NCBI GenBank assembly: GCA_965235115.1
Contig: OZ249436.1
Location: 3,226,001 to 3,290,000, forward strand
Source of the DNA: Laetmonice hystrix
Lineage: Eukaryota
Direction: 5' to 3'
DNA: 64,000 nt
Shown here: positions 25,101 to 37,100 of the stretch, one piece after another
How the letters are laid out: every line of letters starts with the position of its first letter
Numbering within the stretch: position 1 is the first letter of the stretch
Made by a program: the position numbers and the translations under genes
Notes under the pieces: model-generated
The model's input: only the letters and a program-made list of their open reading frames with translations
What the model was told of the DNA's origin: nothing
Database searches by the model: none

Positions 25101-28100
25101 CAGTAGCCTATCAGCCGTATATAAAAGGGCCTACACTTGTACAACTTCTAAGAGACATGTGTCGTTCATCAACGCAGGCAGTTCTGTAGATTCACCAAAT
25201 AGGCCCTACACTTTGATCTATAGCCTGAGCGGTGTTACTGATCTATAGCCTGAGGGGCAGTGTCACTGATCTATAGCCTGAGGGGCGGTGTCACTGATCT
25301 ATAGCCTGAGGGGCAGTGTCACTGATCTATAGCCTGAGGGGCAGTGTCACTGATCTATAGCCTGAGGGGCAGTGTCACTGATCTATAGCCTGAGGGGCAG
25401 TGTCACTGATCTATAGCCTGAGGGGCAGTGCCACTGATCTATAGCCTGAGGGGCAGTGTCCCTGATCTATAGCCTGAGGGGCAGTGTCACTGATCTATGG
25501 CCTGAGGGGCAGTGTCACTGATCTATAGCCTGAGGGGCAGTGTCACTGATCTATAGCCTGAGGGGCAGTGTCACTGATCTATAGCCTGAGGGGCAGTGTC
25601 ACTGATCTATAGCCTGAGGGGCAGTGCCACTGATCTATAGCCTGAGGGGCAGTGTCCCTGATCTATAGCCTGAGGGGCGGTGTCACTGATCTATAGCCTG
25701 AGGGGCGGTGTCACTGATCTATAGCCTGAGGGGCAGTGTCACTGATCTATAGCCTGAGGGGCAGTGTCACTGATCTATAGCCTGAGGGGCAGTGTCACTG
25801 ATCTATAGCCTGAGGGGCAGTGTCCCTGATCTATAGCCTGAGGGGCAGTGTCACTGATCTATAGCCTGAGGGGCAGTGTCACTGATCTAATGCCTGAGGG
25901 GCAGTGCCACTGATCTATAGCCTGAGGGGCAGTGTCACTGATCCATAGCCTGGGGGGCAGTGTCACTGATCCATAGCCTGGGGGGCAGTGTCACTGATCT
26001 ATGGCCTGAGGGACAGTGTCACTGATCTATAGCCTGGGGGCGGTGTCACTGATCTATAGCCTGAGGGGCAGTGTCACTGATCTATAGCCTGAGGGGCAGT
26101 GTCACTGATCTATAGCCTGAGGGGCAGTGTCACTGATCTATAGCCTGAGGGGCAGTGTCACTGATCTAGAGTCCACTGTATAGAACATAAGAAGAAAACA
26201 GAATCTGATAAGTGACTTGTGATGTTAAATGGAGGTCGGCGTCCTTGGAGCCGTAGGCGGGTACAGAGGAATTGGTTTAAATGTGACCGTTATGTGGCCT
26301 TGATGTGATCGATAGCTTGGCACCATATTGGGCGGTGCCGTGATAAATATGGTTCTGCTCATGTATCCTGCAATATTATGTGTAATGTCACTGTACTCAA
26401 TTCTAAGTTACCAAAGCTAGTAAAGCTAATAAAGGTCACAATAAAAGGTCTAACTCCGCTTATATAGGTGCTATACGTACCATGCACCCGTAATATTTGA
26501 GGTATTCTGACTTAGTAGGCTTATTGTTTGATTTCCACGTAAAATGTCGTGAGGTTTCTGACAAGCCTTGTTTGTGTTACTTACATTGTGTTATTACTTT
26601 TGTGATAAATCAAAACATCCTTGACATTCTCTATCCTTACCGACCACCTAGGAACCCCAGGTAGCAGTGCCTATACCTTTGGCTTATTGCTATGGCAACG
26701 GATGCATCAATGTGCTTCGTATTTCATTGTCCCAGGTGTAATGTAACAGGTGTAGAGGTGTGATGTAACAGGTGTAGAGGTGTGATGTAACAGGTGTAGA
26801 GGTGTAATGTAACAGGTGTAGAGGTGTGATGTAACAGTTGTAGAGGTGTAGATAGGCTTATAATCTAATATGCTTAATTTAACACCCGCCTCCATTCTCT
26901 AATCCACATAGGGCCTAGCACAAACCTACCGGTATAGATCTATAGCATAGGCCTACATGACAGGACAGGGGACAGTTGGCCTGCTATAGGGCCTACATAG
27001 GCTACCCTAGGTACAGGGTTTATATATAGTATAGGCCTACATGACAGGACAGGGGACAGTTGGCCTGCTAGAGGGCCTACATAGGCTACCCTAGGTACAC
27101 GGTTTATATATAGTATAGGCCTACATGACAGGACAGGGGACAGTTGGCCTGCTATAGGGCCTACATAGGCTACCCTAGGTACAGGGTTTCAACGGTCATG
27201 GAGATTCCTGGAAAAAATCTGTCGTGGAAAGTCATTGAAAAGTCATGGAAAATTTGAAAAAAAGTCATGGAAACTGAAAAATATCATGGAAAAGTCATGG
27301 AATTTTTGGATGTCATTTCACATTTATCGCGATGTCTTATTCTTAGATCAGTAGGCCTACATTATGTCAATGTCGATTTGAAGTTGGTGTAGGTGTTGTG
27401 GGTGGATTGGATGGCTATGAGGTGAGAAGGAGGCCATAGCAACCAGTGGCGGATCCAGGATTTCAGAAAGGGGGGGGGGGAGCAACTTTTGTTGGATAAT
27501 CAGTGGCCCATTTTCGTGGGGTCTGGGGGCCCTCCCCAGAATTTTTTTTCAGGAACGTCGGAAAGTAGAAATTTCTCCCAAACGAAATTCCATTATTTTT
27601 AAGGATGAAACATAGAAAATAGGCAATTTTTTGGAAAATAGGGGGGGGGGGGGGTGGGCCCCCGGATCCGCCGCTGGCAACAAAATTGATAATTATATTT
27701 ACATGTATAGGCCTATTGTAGGCCCTAGGATATCTTGAACTAGGCCCTACATTTGCTTCTATAAAATATCGTAAACCAAGGAAAACAAGAAATTGTCATG
27801 GAAAAGCCATGGAAAAGTCATGGAATTTTGTTATCAGATTTCTGTGGGAACCCTGTAGGCCCCTATGTGGTAAATTAATATGTAGACCTTCCGGTATGAT
27901 ACACCTGTAGAGTAAGACCGTATTTTGGGCACATCATGAAAGGTAGAATACATAATGTATGCTTAAGTGGCTTATTGTGGTGCTTGTAGGCCTAACACTA
28001 TAGCCTTTGTATCGCCATGGCCTATGGTTCCTCTTTAGGGCGCTGGACTTTGGTGTTTCAGGAACACAAATTGTGCGTCTGATTGTGTCCCGATCATTGC

Positions 28101-31100
28101 GTCAGTGGGCTGCGTTCCATTGTGTCATTAGTGACGTTATGTGACGTGTTATGTTGTGACGTGTTGTGACGTCGTGGCGGCAATGGAAGCGTCCGTGTAT
28201 TTTAAGACATCGTGTTTCCGGCGTGTGAACAATCCAACCAGGAAGTTTGTCCCGGTTTCGTTCCGTTTCCTTGTCATAAATCATTCCGGATGACTGGTCT
28301 GTTTGGTGGCGATTACTCCGGTGATGTATCGGAAATCAATAATTAACTGTTGAATGTTGCCTTCTGATAGACTGTCGTGACACAACAGCTAACAGCTCAC
28401 CGTAGCCCTGCAGCCTGCGAGAGGACAGTGTGGTTGGCCAATGCCTAGAGACAGGAACTCCAAATTTTGGGCAGTCCGGCTAATTAATGCTCATTCTGGA
28501 TCAAATTGCCATAGAAGTCTAAACCTTAGTTGCTGAATATAGGGCCTAGCTATAAGTAGGCCCGCTACCCTGAATTTGGGCATTGGGGGCTTAACAAGGG
28601 CAAAACAAAAACATCAAAATTCATTTTTCTCAAATTTAAAATTAGGGCCTAAATGTAGAGCCGGATCTAAAATGATTTGTAGGCTTAGATCTATGGCCGC
28701 TAAAATCGTGTCCTGTGTTAGAAGTTGGCTTTGGTCTCATAAGAACCATGTCTCAATAATCAATAATCACCTCACGTTCATGCAACAAGATCTACAGTCG
28801 TGTAAACCTTTGCTATCTCCCTAATGGCAATAGGCCTGTCAAAAGAAAATAGGGTCTACAGTAGTATAGACTAGTCTGTCTGTTGAAATTTAACTTTGCA
28901 GGACTGTGTAGGCACCGACCGTAGGGAAGGAGATAGGATCGAAGTGTTTAAAGATTGATGAAAGGTTTAGACATGATTTCTGAACTGGAATTGGATTGTA
29001 GAGGAGACAATGGGACTGAGAGCATTCAAAGAGTTACCTGCGTTTAGCCAGGGTCGGTCGGGGTGGGGTACAAATACAAACATCACTGTTGCCAGGAGGT
29101 TTACATGTCTGAAAGCATGGATTATATATAGGCCTACGTACCGTAGTGCCATGTATTAAACCAATTTAATATGCACCAACAAACTCCCTATGAAAATATA
29201 GGCCTAGAGCGACATGTAGGTTCATAAGTAGGCCTAATTATAGGCCCAAGCCAGAATTCGCTGAAATGGTGACTTGGCTGAGTGTGTCGTCCGCTCCCAT
29301 TGTCTTACATTACCATAAATGGCTTTAACCTTTTAACACAAAAGATCAGGTAACATTTACGGTTGTTTGCTCGCTTTCTGTAGCTGCAACTACAACAGAT
29401 GGCTCGACACACTGAGCACAGGGCCAGGAGCCAAATTTTACGTGGATTAGAAAGCAATACGTAACTACGCTACAGTAGTTGCCTCGGAGTTTCTTCTAAG
29501 GACTTGGCCCTAGAATTTGTTGCGGTAATATTTGCAGCTGACGTATTCTGGAGAGAGAAAACAAGCCGAGGTAGATTTATAAATAGGCTCTGGTCAACAG
29601 AATCCAGCGAACCGTGACCGATCTCCGCCATGCACATATAGGCCTACATAAACATTACCATGCTGTTTGGCGCTGTTTTCCCTCCAAATGACGTCACTGC
29701 AAATATTCTATACACCGCTGCGGCTCTGGCCTCTACATGGGAATTACGGTACTCCCTGCTGTAGGACAACCGTACAAGGAATCACCGTTATTAGATTGGC
29801 CTACAGTGCCGTGTTTCTCTACAATACTCCTGGGAAGATGGGGATTACGGTACTCCCTGCTGTAGATCAACCGTACAAGGAATCCCCGATTAGATTGGCC
29901 TACAATGCCGTGTTTCTCTACAATACTCCTGGGAAGATGGGGATTACGGTACTCCCTGCTGTAGATCAACCGTACAAGGAATCCCCGATTAGATTGGCCT
30001 ACAATGCCGTGTTTCTCTACAATACTCCTGGGAAGATGGGGATTACGGTACTCGCTGCTGTAGGTCAACCGTGGCAAGGAATCACCGTTATTAGATTGGC
30101 CTACAGTGCCGTGTTTCTCTACAATACTCCTGGGAAGATGGGGATTACGGTACTCCCTGCTGTAGATCAACCGTACAAGGAATCCCCGATTAGATTGGCC
30201 TACAATGCCGTGTTTCTCTACAATACTCCTGGGAAGATGGGGAATTTTGAGGTGATAAAGAGGCCTCAATTGCAAGCTGCCCCGAGAAGAAATGGTCTGA
30301 ATTGTCATCTAAATACCCACACAACGTCCTAGGCTAAACAAACGCTGCACTACTCACAACTGCTGATTTTATACACTATCTCATTCGACGAACTAAGATC
30401 GGTCTTACCTTTATACAATGCCCTTTACATCGTCATATTATTGTAATGAACATTTCATAACCTTTATATTCTGTATCTATGTGCGATGTTGACACATTTT
30501 ACACCATGTTTTTGTCGAAGTGCCATAGTTATAGAAAGTTCTATGATCTATGCAGTTCCATTTTGCACCCCAATTTCACAATCGTGACAGAATTACAACT
30601 CTTTCTGTGACAGCAAGAGTAATTGGCTTGCTTCCTTGACGAGAGATTGTAACTAGGGCTTATTCGGTATTTGCAGGTTATTGATCTTGTATATGTCTGA
30701 GGGAAGCCTGAGTGGTTCATCCCTTAATAGGTATTAAACCTATACAAGTTAAATGGAGCATCATGGTGTAAACGGTTTAAGGATGGCGGTCAGGATGGCG
30801 TGGGTAGTGAACAAAGAATTGAGATCTATACGGCCAGTGGAGATACAAGTTCAAAGTAAGAAATTAACCAAATTTTTGGACTGATTAAAAGGTTAAGGGT
30901 TTGAATATATCTTAGCCACAATGAATGGGACAGAATGACATTTTCTCCCAGGCGTACATTGAAACCAGGTGAAACCGTGTGTGAAACAAGGGTTACTTAT
31001 TCTTTGGTATTTTGTGTTACAGCCAGAGGGACGAAAAACGAGAGAAAAAGAGATTAGGACGATGTTGGAACGGTACATTAGGAGGTACCACTTCAGGGTG

Positions 31101-34100
31101 AGTTCATACCACGTTATTTATATCACACAGGAGACCATGCTAGTAAAACTCTTCGTTCAATTTCCACTAACAGTGCCTAAATCTCCCTCATATCGCTCAT
31201 AATTATGGCCCACCAGGACAGTCCACGTAGTTTATAGTGGACAGTCCTGTCGAGGGAACATTCTCTGCTGATGTGTAAAAACCTGAATACATTGGTGGTT
31301 CAGGACAACAATAGCATCGTGAGTGAAGCTCTCCATCAACCTGACAATTCAAGCGTGAGCAGTTATTGAGATAAACAGTGAATAAAGGCACTGGGGTGTT
31401 TCCCTAAGCGCGTCGGACTGTCGGACCGTCCGACCAGCGACGGACCTAAAATTGCAGGCCCAACAACCAAGCGACAGACTCTCCGTCGCCGGTTGGACGG
31501 TCCGGCGCCCTTAACCACCCCCAGGTTTATGTAAAGTTATCTGTCATTCTTGGGCCCTATTCTCCATAAATTGTCATCCACTGTTATAACGTATACGGCC
31601 TACATCTTGAGGTCAAATTGGGACTGGCATCCTTTCACCTTGAAGCATGGTATGTCCATGGACAGAGTTTGAAGTTTGGGTTTCGTGTGGAGGATCATGT
31701 AACCATAGTTACCGTGATCTCAGAGGTCAGTCCCTGACTATGTCCTGTTCCGATATGTTGGGTGTTGGGTGTAACCATAGTTACCGTGATCTCAGAGGTC
31801 AGTCCCTGACTATGTCCTGTTCCGATATGTTGGGTGTTGGGTGTAACCATAGTTACCGTGATCTCAGAGGTCAGTCCCTGACTATGTCCTGTTCCGATAT
31901 GTTGGGTGTAACCATAGTTACCGTGATCTCAGGGGTCAGTCCCTGACTATGTCCTGTTCCGATATGTTGGGTGTTGGGTGTAACCATAGTTACCGTGATC
32001 TCAGAGGTCAGTCCCTGACTATGTCCTGTTCCGATATGTTGGGTGTTGGGTGTAACCATAGTTACCGTGATCTCAGAGGTCAGTCCCTGACTATGTCCTG
32101 TTCCGATATGTTGGGTGTTGGGTGTAACCATAGTTACCGTGATCTCAGAGGTCAGTCCCTGACTATGTCCTGTTCCGATATGTTGGGTGTTGGGTGTAAC
32201 CATAGTTACCGTGATCTCAGAGGTCAGTCCCTGACTATGTCCTGTTCCGATATGTTGGGTGTTGGGTGTAACCATAGTTACCGTGATCTCAGAAGTCAGT
32301 CCCTGACTATGTCCTGTTCCGATATGTTGGGTGTTGGGTGTAACCATAGTTACCGTGATCTCAGAGGTCAGTCCCTGACTATGTCCTGTTCCGATATGTT
32401 GGGTGTTGGGTGTAACCATAGTTACCGTGATCTCAGAGGTCAGTCCCTGACTATGTCCTGTTCCGATATGTTGGGTGTTGGGTGTAACCATAGTTACCGT
32501 GATCTCAGAGGTCAGTCTCTGACTATGTCCTGTTCCGATATGTTGGGTGTAACCATAGTTACCGTGATCTCAGAGGTCAGTCCCTGACAATGTCCTGTTC
32601 CGATATGTTGGGTGTAACCATAGTTACCGTGATCTCAGAGGTCAGTCCCTGACTATGTCCTGTTCCGATATGTTGGGTGTAACCATAGTTACCGTGATCT
32701 CAGAGGTCAGTCCCTGACAATGGCCTGTTCCGATATGTTGGGTGTTGGGTGTAACCATAGTTACCGTGATCTCAGAGGTCAGTCCCTGACTGTGTCCTGT
32801 TCCGATATGTTGGGTGTTGGGTGACGCAGGACGAGAAGATACTGAAGAACAAGTCGACGGACACATCCTCGCTCCCGCCAGCCCCTAGTGCCGTTAGTAA
32901 CGGTCACTGGGAGGGTAGTACCTCCAAGGTCCTTACAACCAAACAGGGCAGAAGGTCATCTCTTCCCGCCAAGGTAAACCTCCACCATCACGTGACCATC
33001 ACGTGACCACCACGTGACCATCACGTGACTATCACGTGACCATCACGTGACCACCACGTGACCACCACGTGACCACCACGTGGTCATCACGTGACCATCA
33101 CGTGACCATCACGTGACCATCACGTGACTATGGAGGGCGGCATGTGTACCAGCACACGACCACGGAGGGTCGGCGGCATGAGGCCAGCAGACAGTCTGTG
33201 GCTCCAGCCTGTCCCGTCAGGAGCAGGCCCTGACAGGGGTGGCATGAGGCCAGCAGACAGTCTGTGGCTCCAGCCTGTCCCGTCAGGAGCAGGCCCTGAC
33301 AGGGGTGGCATGAGGCCAGCAGACAGTCTGTGGCTCCAGCCTGTCCCGTCAGGAGCAGGCCCTGACAGGGGTGGCATGAGGCCAGCAGACAGTCTGTGGC
33401 TCCAGCCTGTCCCGTCAGGAGCAGGCCCTGACAGGGGTGGCATGAGGCCAGCAGACAGTCTGGGGCTCCAGCCTGTCCCGTCAGGAGCAGGCCCTGACAG
33501 GGGCGGCATGAGGCCAGCAGACAGTCTGTGGCTCCAGCCTGTCCCGTCAGGAGCAGGCCCTGACAGGGGTGGCATGAGGCCAGCAGACAGTCTGTGGCTC
33601 CAGCCTGTCCCGTCAGGAGCAGGCCCTGACAGGGGTGGCATGAGGCCAGCAGACAGTCTGGGGCTCCAGCCTGTCCCGTCAGGCCCTGACAGGGGTGGCA
33701 TGAGGCCAGCAGACAGTCTGTGGCTCCAGCCCGTCCCGTCAGGAGCAGGCCCTGACAGGGGCGGCATGAGGCCAGCAGACAGTCTGTGGCTCCAGCCCGT
33801 CCCGTCAGGAGCAGGCCCTGACAGGGGTGGCATGAGGCCAGCAGACAGTCTGGGGCTCCAGCCTGTCCCGTCAGGAGCAGGCCCTGACAGGGGCGGCATG
33901 AGGCCAGCAGACAGTCTGTGGCTCCAGCCTGTCCCGTCAGGAGCAGGCCCTGACAGGGGCGGCATGAGGCCAGCAGACAGTCTGGGGCTCCAGCCTGTCC
34001 CGTCAGGAGCAGGCCCTGACAGGGGCGGCATGAGGCCAGCAGACAGTCTGTGGCTCCAGCCTGTCCCGTCAGGAGCAGGCCCTGACAGGGGTGGCATGAG

Positions 34101-37100
34101 GCCAGCAGACAGTCTGTGGCTCCAGCCTGTCCCGTCAGGAGCAGGCCCTGACAGGGGTGGCATGAGGCCAGCAGACAGTCTGTGGCTCCAGCCTGTCCCG
34201 TCAGGAGCAGGCCCTGACAGGGGTGGCATGAGGCCAGCAGACAGTCTGGGGCTCCAGCCTGTCCCGTCAGGAGCAGGCCCTGACAGGGGTGGCATGAGGC
34301 CAGCAGACAGTCTGGGGCTCCAGCCTGTCCCGTCAGGCCCTGACAGGGGCGGCATGAGGCCAGCAGACAGTCTGGGGCTCCAGCCTGTCCCGTCAGGAGC
34401 AGGCCCTGACAGGGGCGGCATGAGGCCAGCAGACAGTCTGTGGCTCCAGCCTGTCCCGTCAGGAGCAGGCCCTGGCAGGGGTGGCATGAGGCCAGCAGAC
34501 AGTCTGGGGCTCCAGCCTGTCCCGTCAGGAGCAGGCCCTGACAGGGGCGGCATGAGGCCAGCAGACAGTCTGTGGCTCCAGCCTGTCCCGTCAGGAGCAG
34601 GCCCTGACAGGGGCGGCATGAGGCCAGCAGACAGTCTGTGGCTCCAGCCTGTCCCGTCAGGAGCAGGCCCTGACAGGGGCGGCATGAGGCCAGCAGACAG
34701 TCTGGGGCTCCAGCCTGTCCCGTCAGGAGCAGGCCCTGGCAGGGGTGGCATGAGGCCAGCAGACAGTCTGGGGCTCCAGCCTGTCCCGTCAGGAGCAGGC
34801 CCTGACAGGGGTGGCATGAGGCCAGCAGACAGTCTGGGGCTCCAGCCTGTCCCGTCAGGAGCAGGCCCTGACAGGGGTGGCTCCCCCTGGTAACAATCAC
34901 ATGAAGTTGGGAGGTTAGAGTTAAGTTAGCAGTGTTTCCAACCTATGGATCTCCCCAAATCGGGATTTAAATTGTCGGGAAAATCCTTGAAATCTAGAGG
35001 CCCTTAAACACCATTCCCAGCACTCTCAGACAAATATTTCTGTCAAAAAGAAATAAATTGATCGTCATTCTACATGATACTTGAAGCATTATAAGAATTT
35101 GACGTGATTTTTTAATAGTTGCCACCAAACTTAGTGAAGATGTTACCATGGAGATTTACCCTGAGAGGGTCAGGCGGGACTCGTGCGTGAGCCTGCCATG
35201 ATCTGAACTCCCTGACCACACCAGGCCCCGCTTCAGAAAGGCTTGTACATGCAGCAAACTTTAACAGTTTAAGCTAAGCAGAGCTACGGCAGCTCATAGG
35301 GACATAGACCTTTAGTGTTTTTAACTTTCGAGATTGATTTTCATCGATATTTTCACAGTTATGATAATTTTATAACCGTCAATGTTGAAAATTAAGTGTG
35401 TGTGTCCTCGTGGGCCACCGTAGACCTGCTAAACTTCAAGCTTGCTGCTTAGAGCCTTTCTGAAACCTGGCCCTGATATTGCCTGAACTCTCTCACCTTG
35501 AATTCCCCACAACCAGTTCCAGTTTTTATTCCCAACATGTTATTCTAACTCCACTTAGACGTTTCAAAGTGGTACCTTTAAGGGTTATGTTGTATATGTC
35601 ATGGTTTTATTTGTTAAATTGCCGACGTGAGGAAGTATTTCTGGTTCCAATTATCAGTGTATTTTAACTTGCATGATGTGTTTGAAGGGCATGACTGAAC
35701 ATTAACGATCTGTGACTGCAATACAAACAATTTGATGGCTGACTGTGAACGGGCTGTGGCTGAAGCATGTTTCCATTAAGATGTTTTACCGTTTCAATCA
35801 ATCATGGATATTGTGGACCTCAGTTGTTGTCAGGCTGAGTTAGTGAAAGTATTTTACACAACTGTTGGCAGAATAGGGCGTGGGAACTTAGATAGAGAGA
35901 TATTTCTGGTAGGGATAAACGTTATACTACATTATAAATCATTATAAACATAACAAAAAAAATGTATTCGGCAAAGAGATTGGTGAAGAGAATTCACAGA
36001 TAAAAAGGAAATACATCTATTATTCTCGGACAATGCTGATTCATGGTGAGCTTTCAGGGATTCCTTGATGACACCGTAAATTATTCATTTTATACTGAAA
36101 CAATGCATGCGTAATATTTTGTTTATAATATTATGTTTATTCTTAATTGTAGTGATTCAGCAACCAAACAGCAAGTAAAAACACCTGATGCCCTTTTTGA
36201 ATTTAGAATAAAATGGGGAGAGATTTGATTAAATGTTCCTGTGCCTGCAGTTTTTGTTTGTAGTTTTGGATTGTAAGATTTTACCTGGTTTGTTTCATAG
36301 CCTTCCGTCCTGCCCGACGGGTACACACCGAACCCGAAAGGTGGACAGCGAGTCGGACAGCGGAGACTGAGGGCAGATGGCACCGGTGGAGGAGGACCCA
36401 GGAAGAGAAGAAGGTAAGATCAGACAGTCGGACCCTGCCGAGCACGTGTGTGTGTGTGGGGGTGTGTGTATGTGTGAGAGAGATAGTACAGGAGTGGACC
36501 TAGGAGCAAGTTTGTCATCCAAGCATGGACAAATGAGGAGATCTTTCCTTAGGAGGAGCGCCGATAAGGAATTCTGTGATAACAGGGGTTACCTGCCTGT
36601 AGGAAGTGTTTGCATGCAGGCTGACAAATTCCTGTCATGGCAAAGTATTGTGCATAGGTTTGTCTATGGAGGGTGGGGTGGGTGTGCGCGTTTCCATGCC
36701 AACCATGAGGATCAGGATGACAGTGAGACTTATTATATAGAGGTATATTTCAAATGGTCCAATATTGGCTCAGCTGGGGGTAGACAAGAATGTGATAATT
36801 GATGGTGAGGACTGATTGGCAGTGCAGTTAATGAGGAAATACTATTCATAGTGTGAGATTCTTTCAGTGAAGTAATTAAGTATTAATTACGTTGTGTTTA
36901 TGTCGTACATTAAGTTTCACTTGAAGCTCAGAGTTACGATGAGTCATTCATCTCGCTCCTGTATTACACCTGTACAGTGGCGCCCGTGGAGGTCACTACA
37001 CCTTGCGATCAGCGCCACCTACCGCCACCTCGAGACACGAGGCAGAACGTCTGGTTAACATTGCCAGCAGACTCCTAGTCGCCACGGTAAATTAGTTCCT

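Noticed and set aside
25215..26168. CRISPR-like periodicity here and in other arrays
   Set aside because: Head-to-tail units with no unique spacers, no cas genes, eukaryotic intron context.
33120..34900. 565-590-aa ORFs on both strands
   Set aside because: Stop-free 66-bp GC-rich repeat; open in several frames and no splice sites linking it to the gene.
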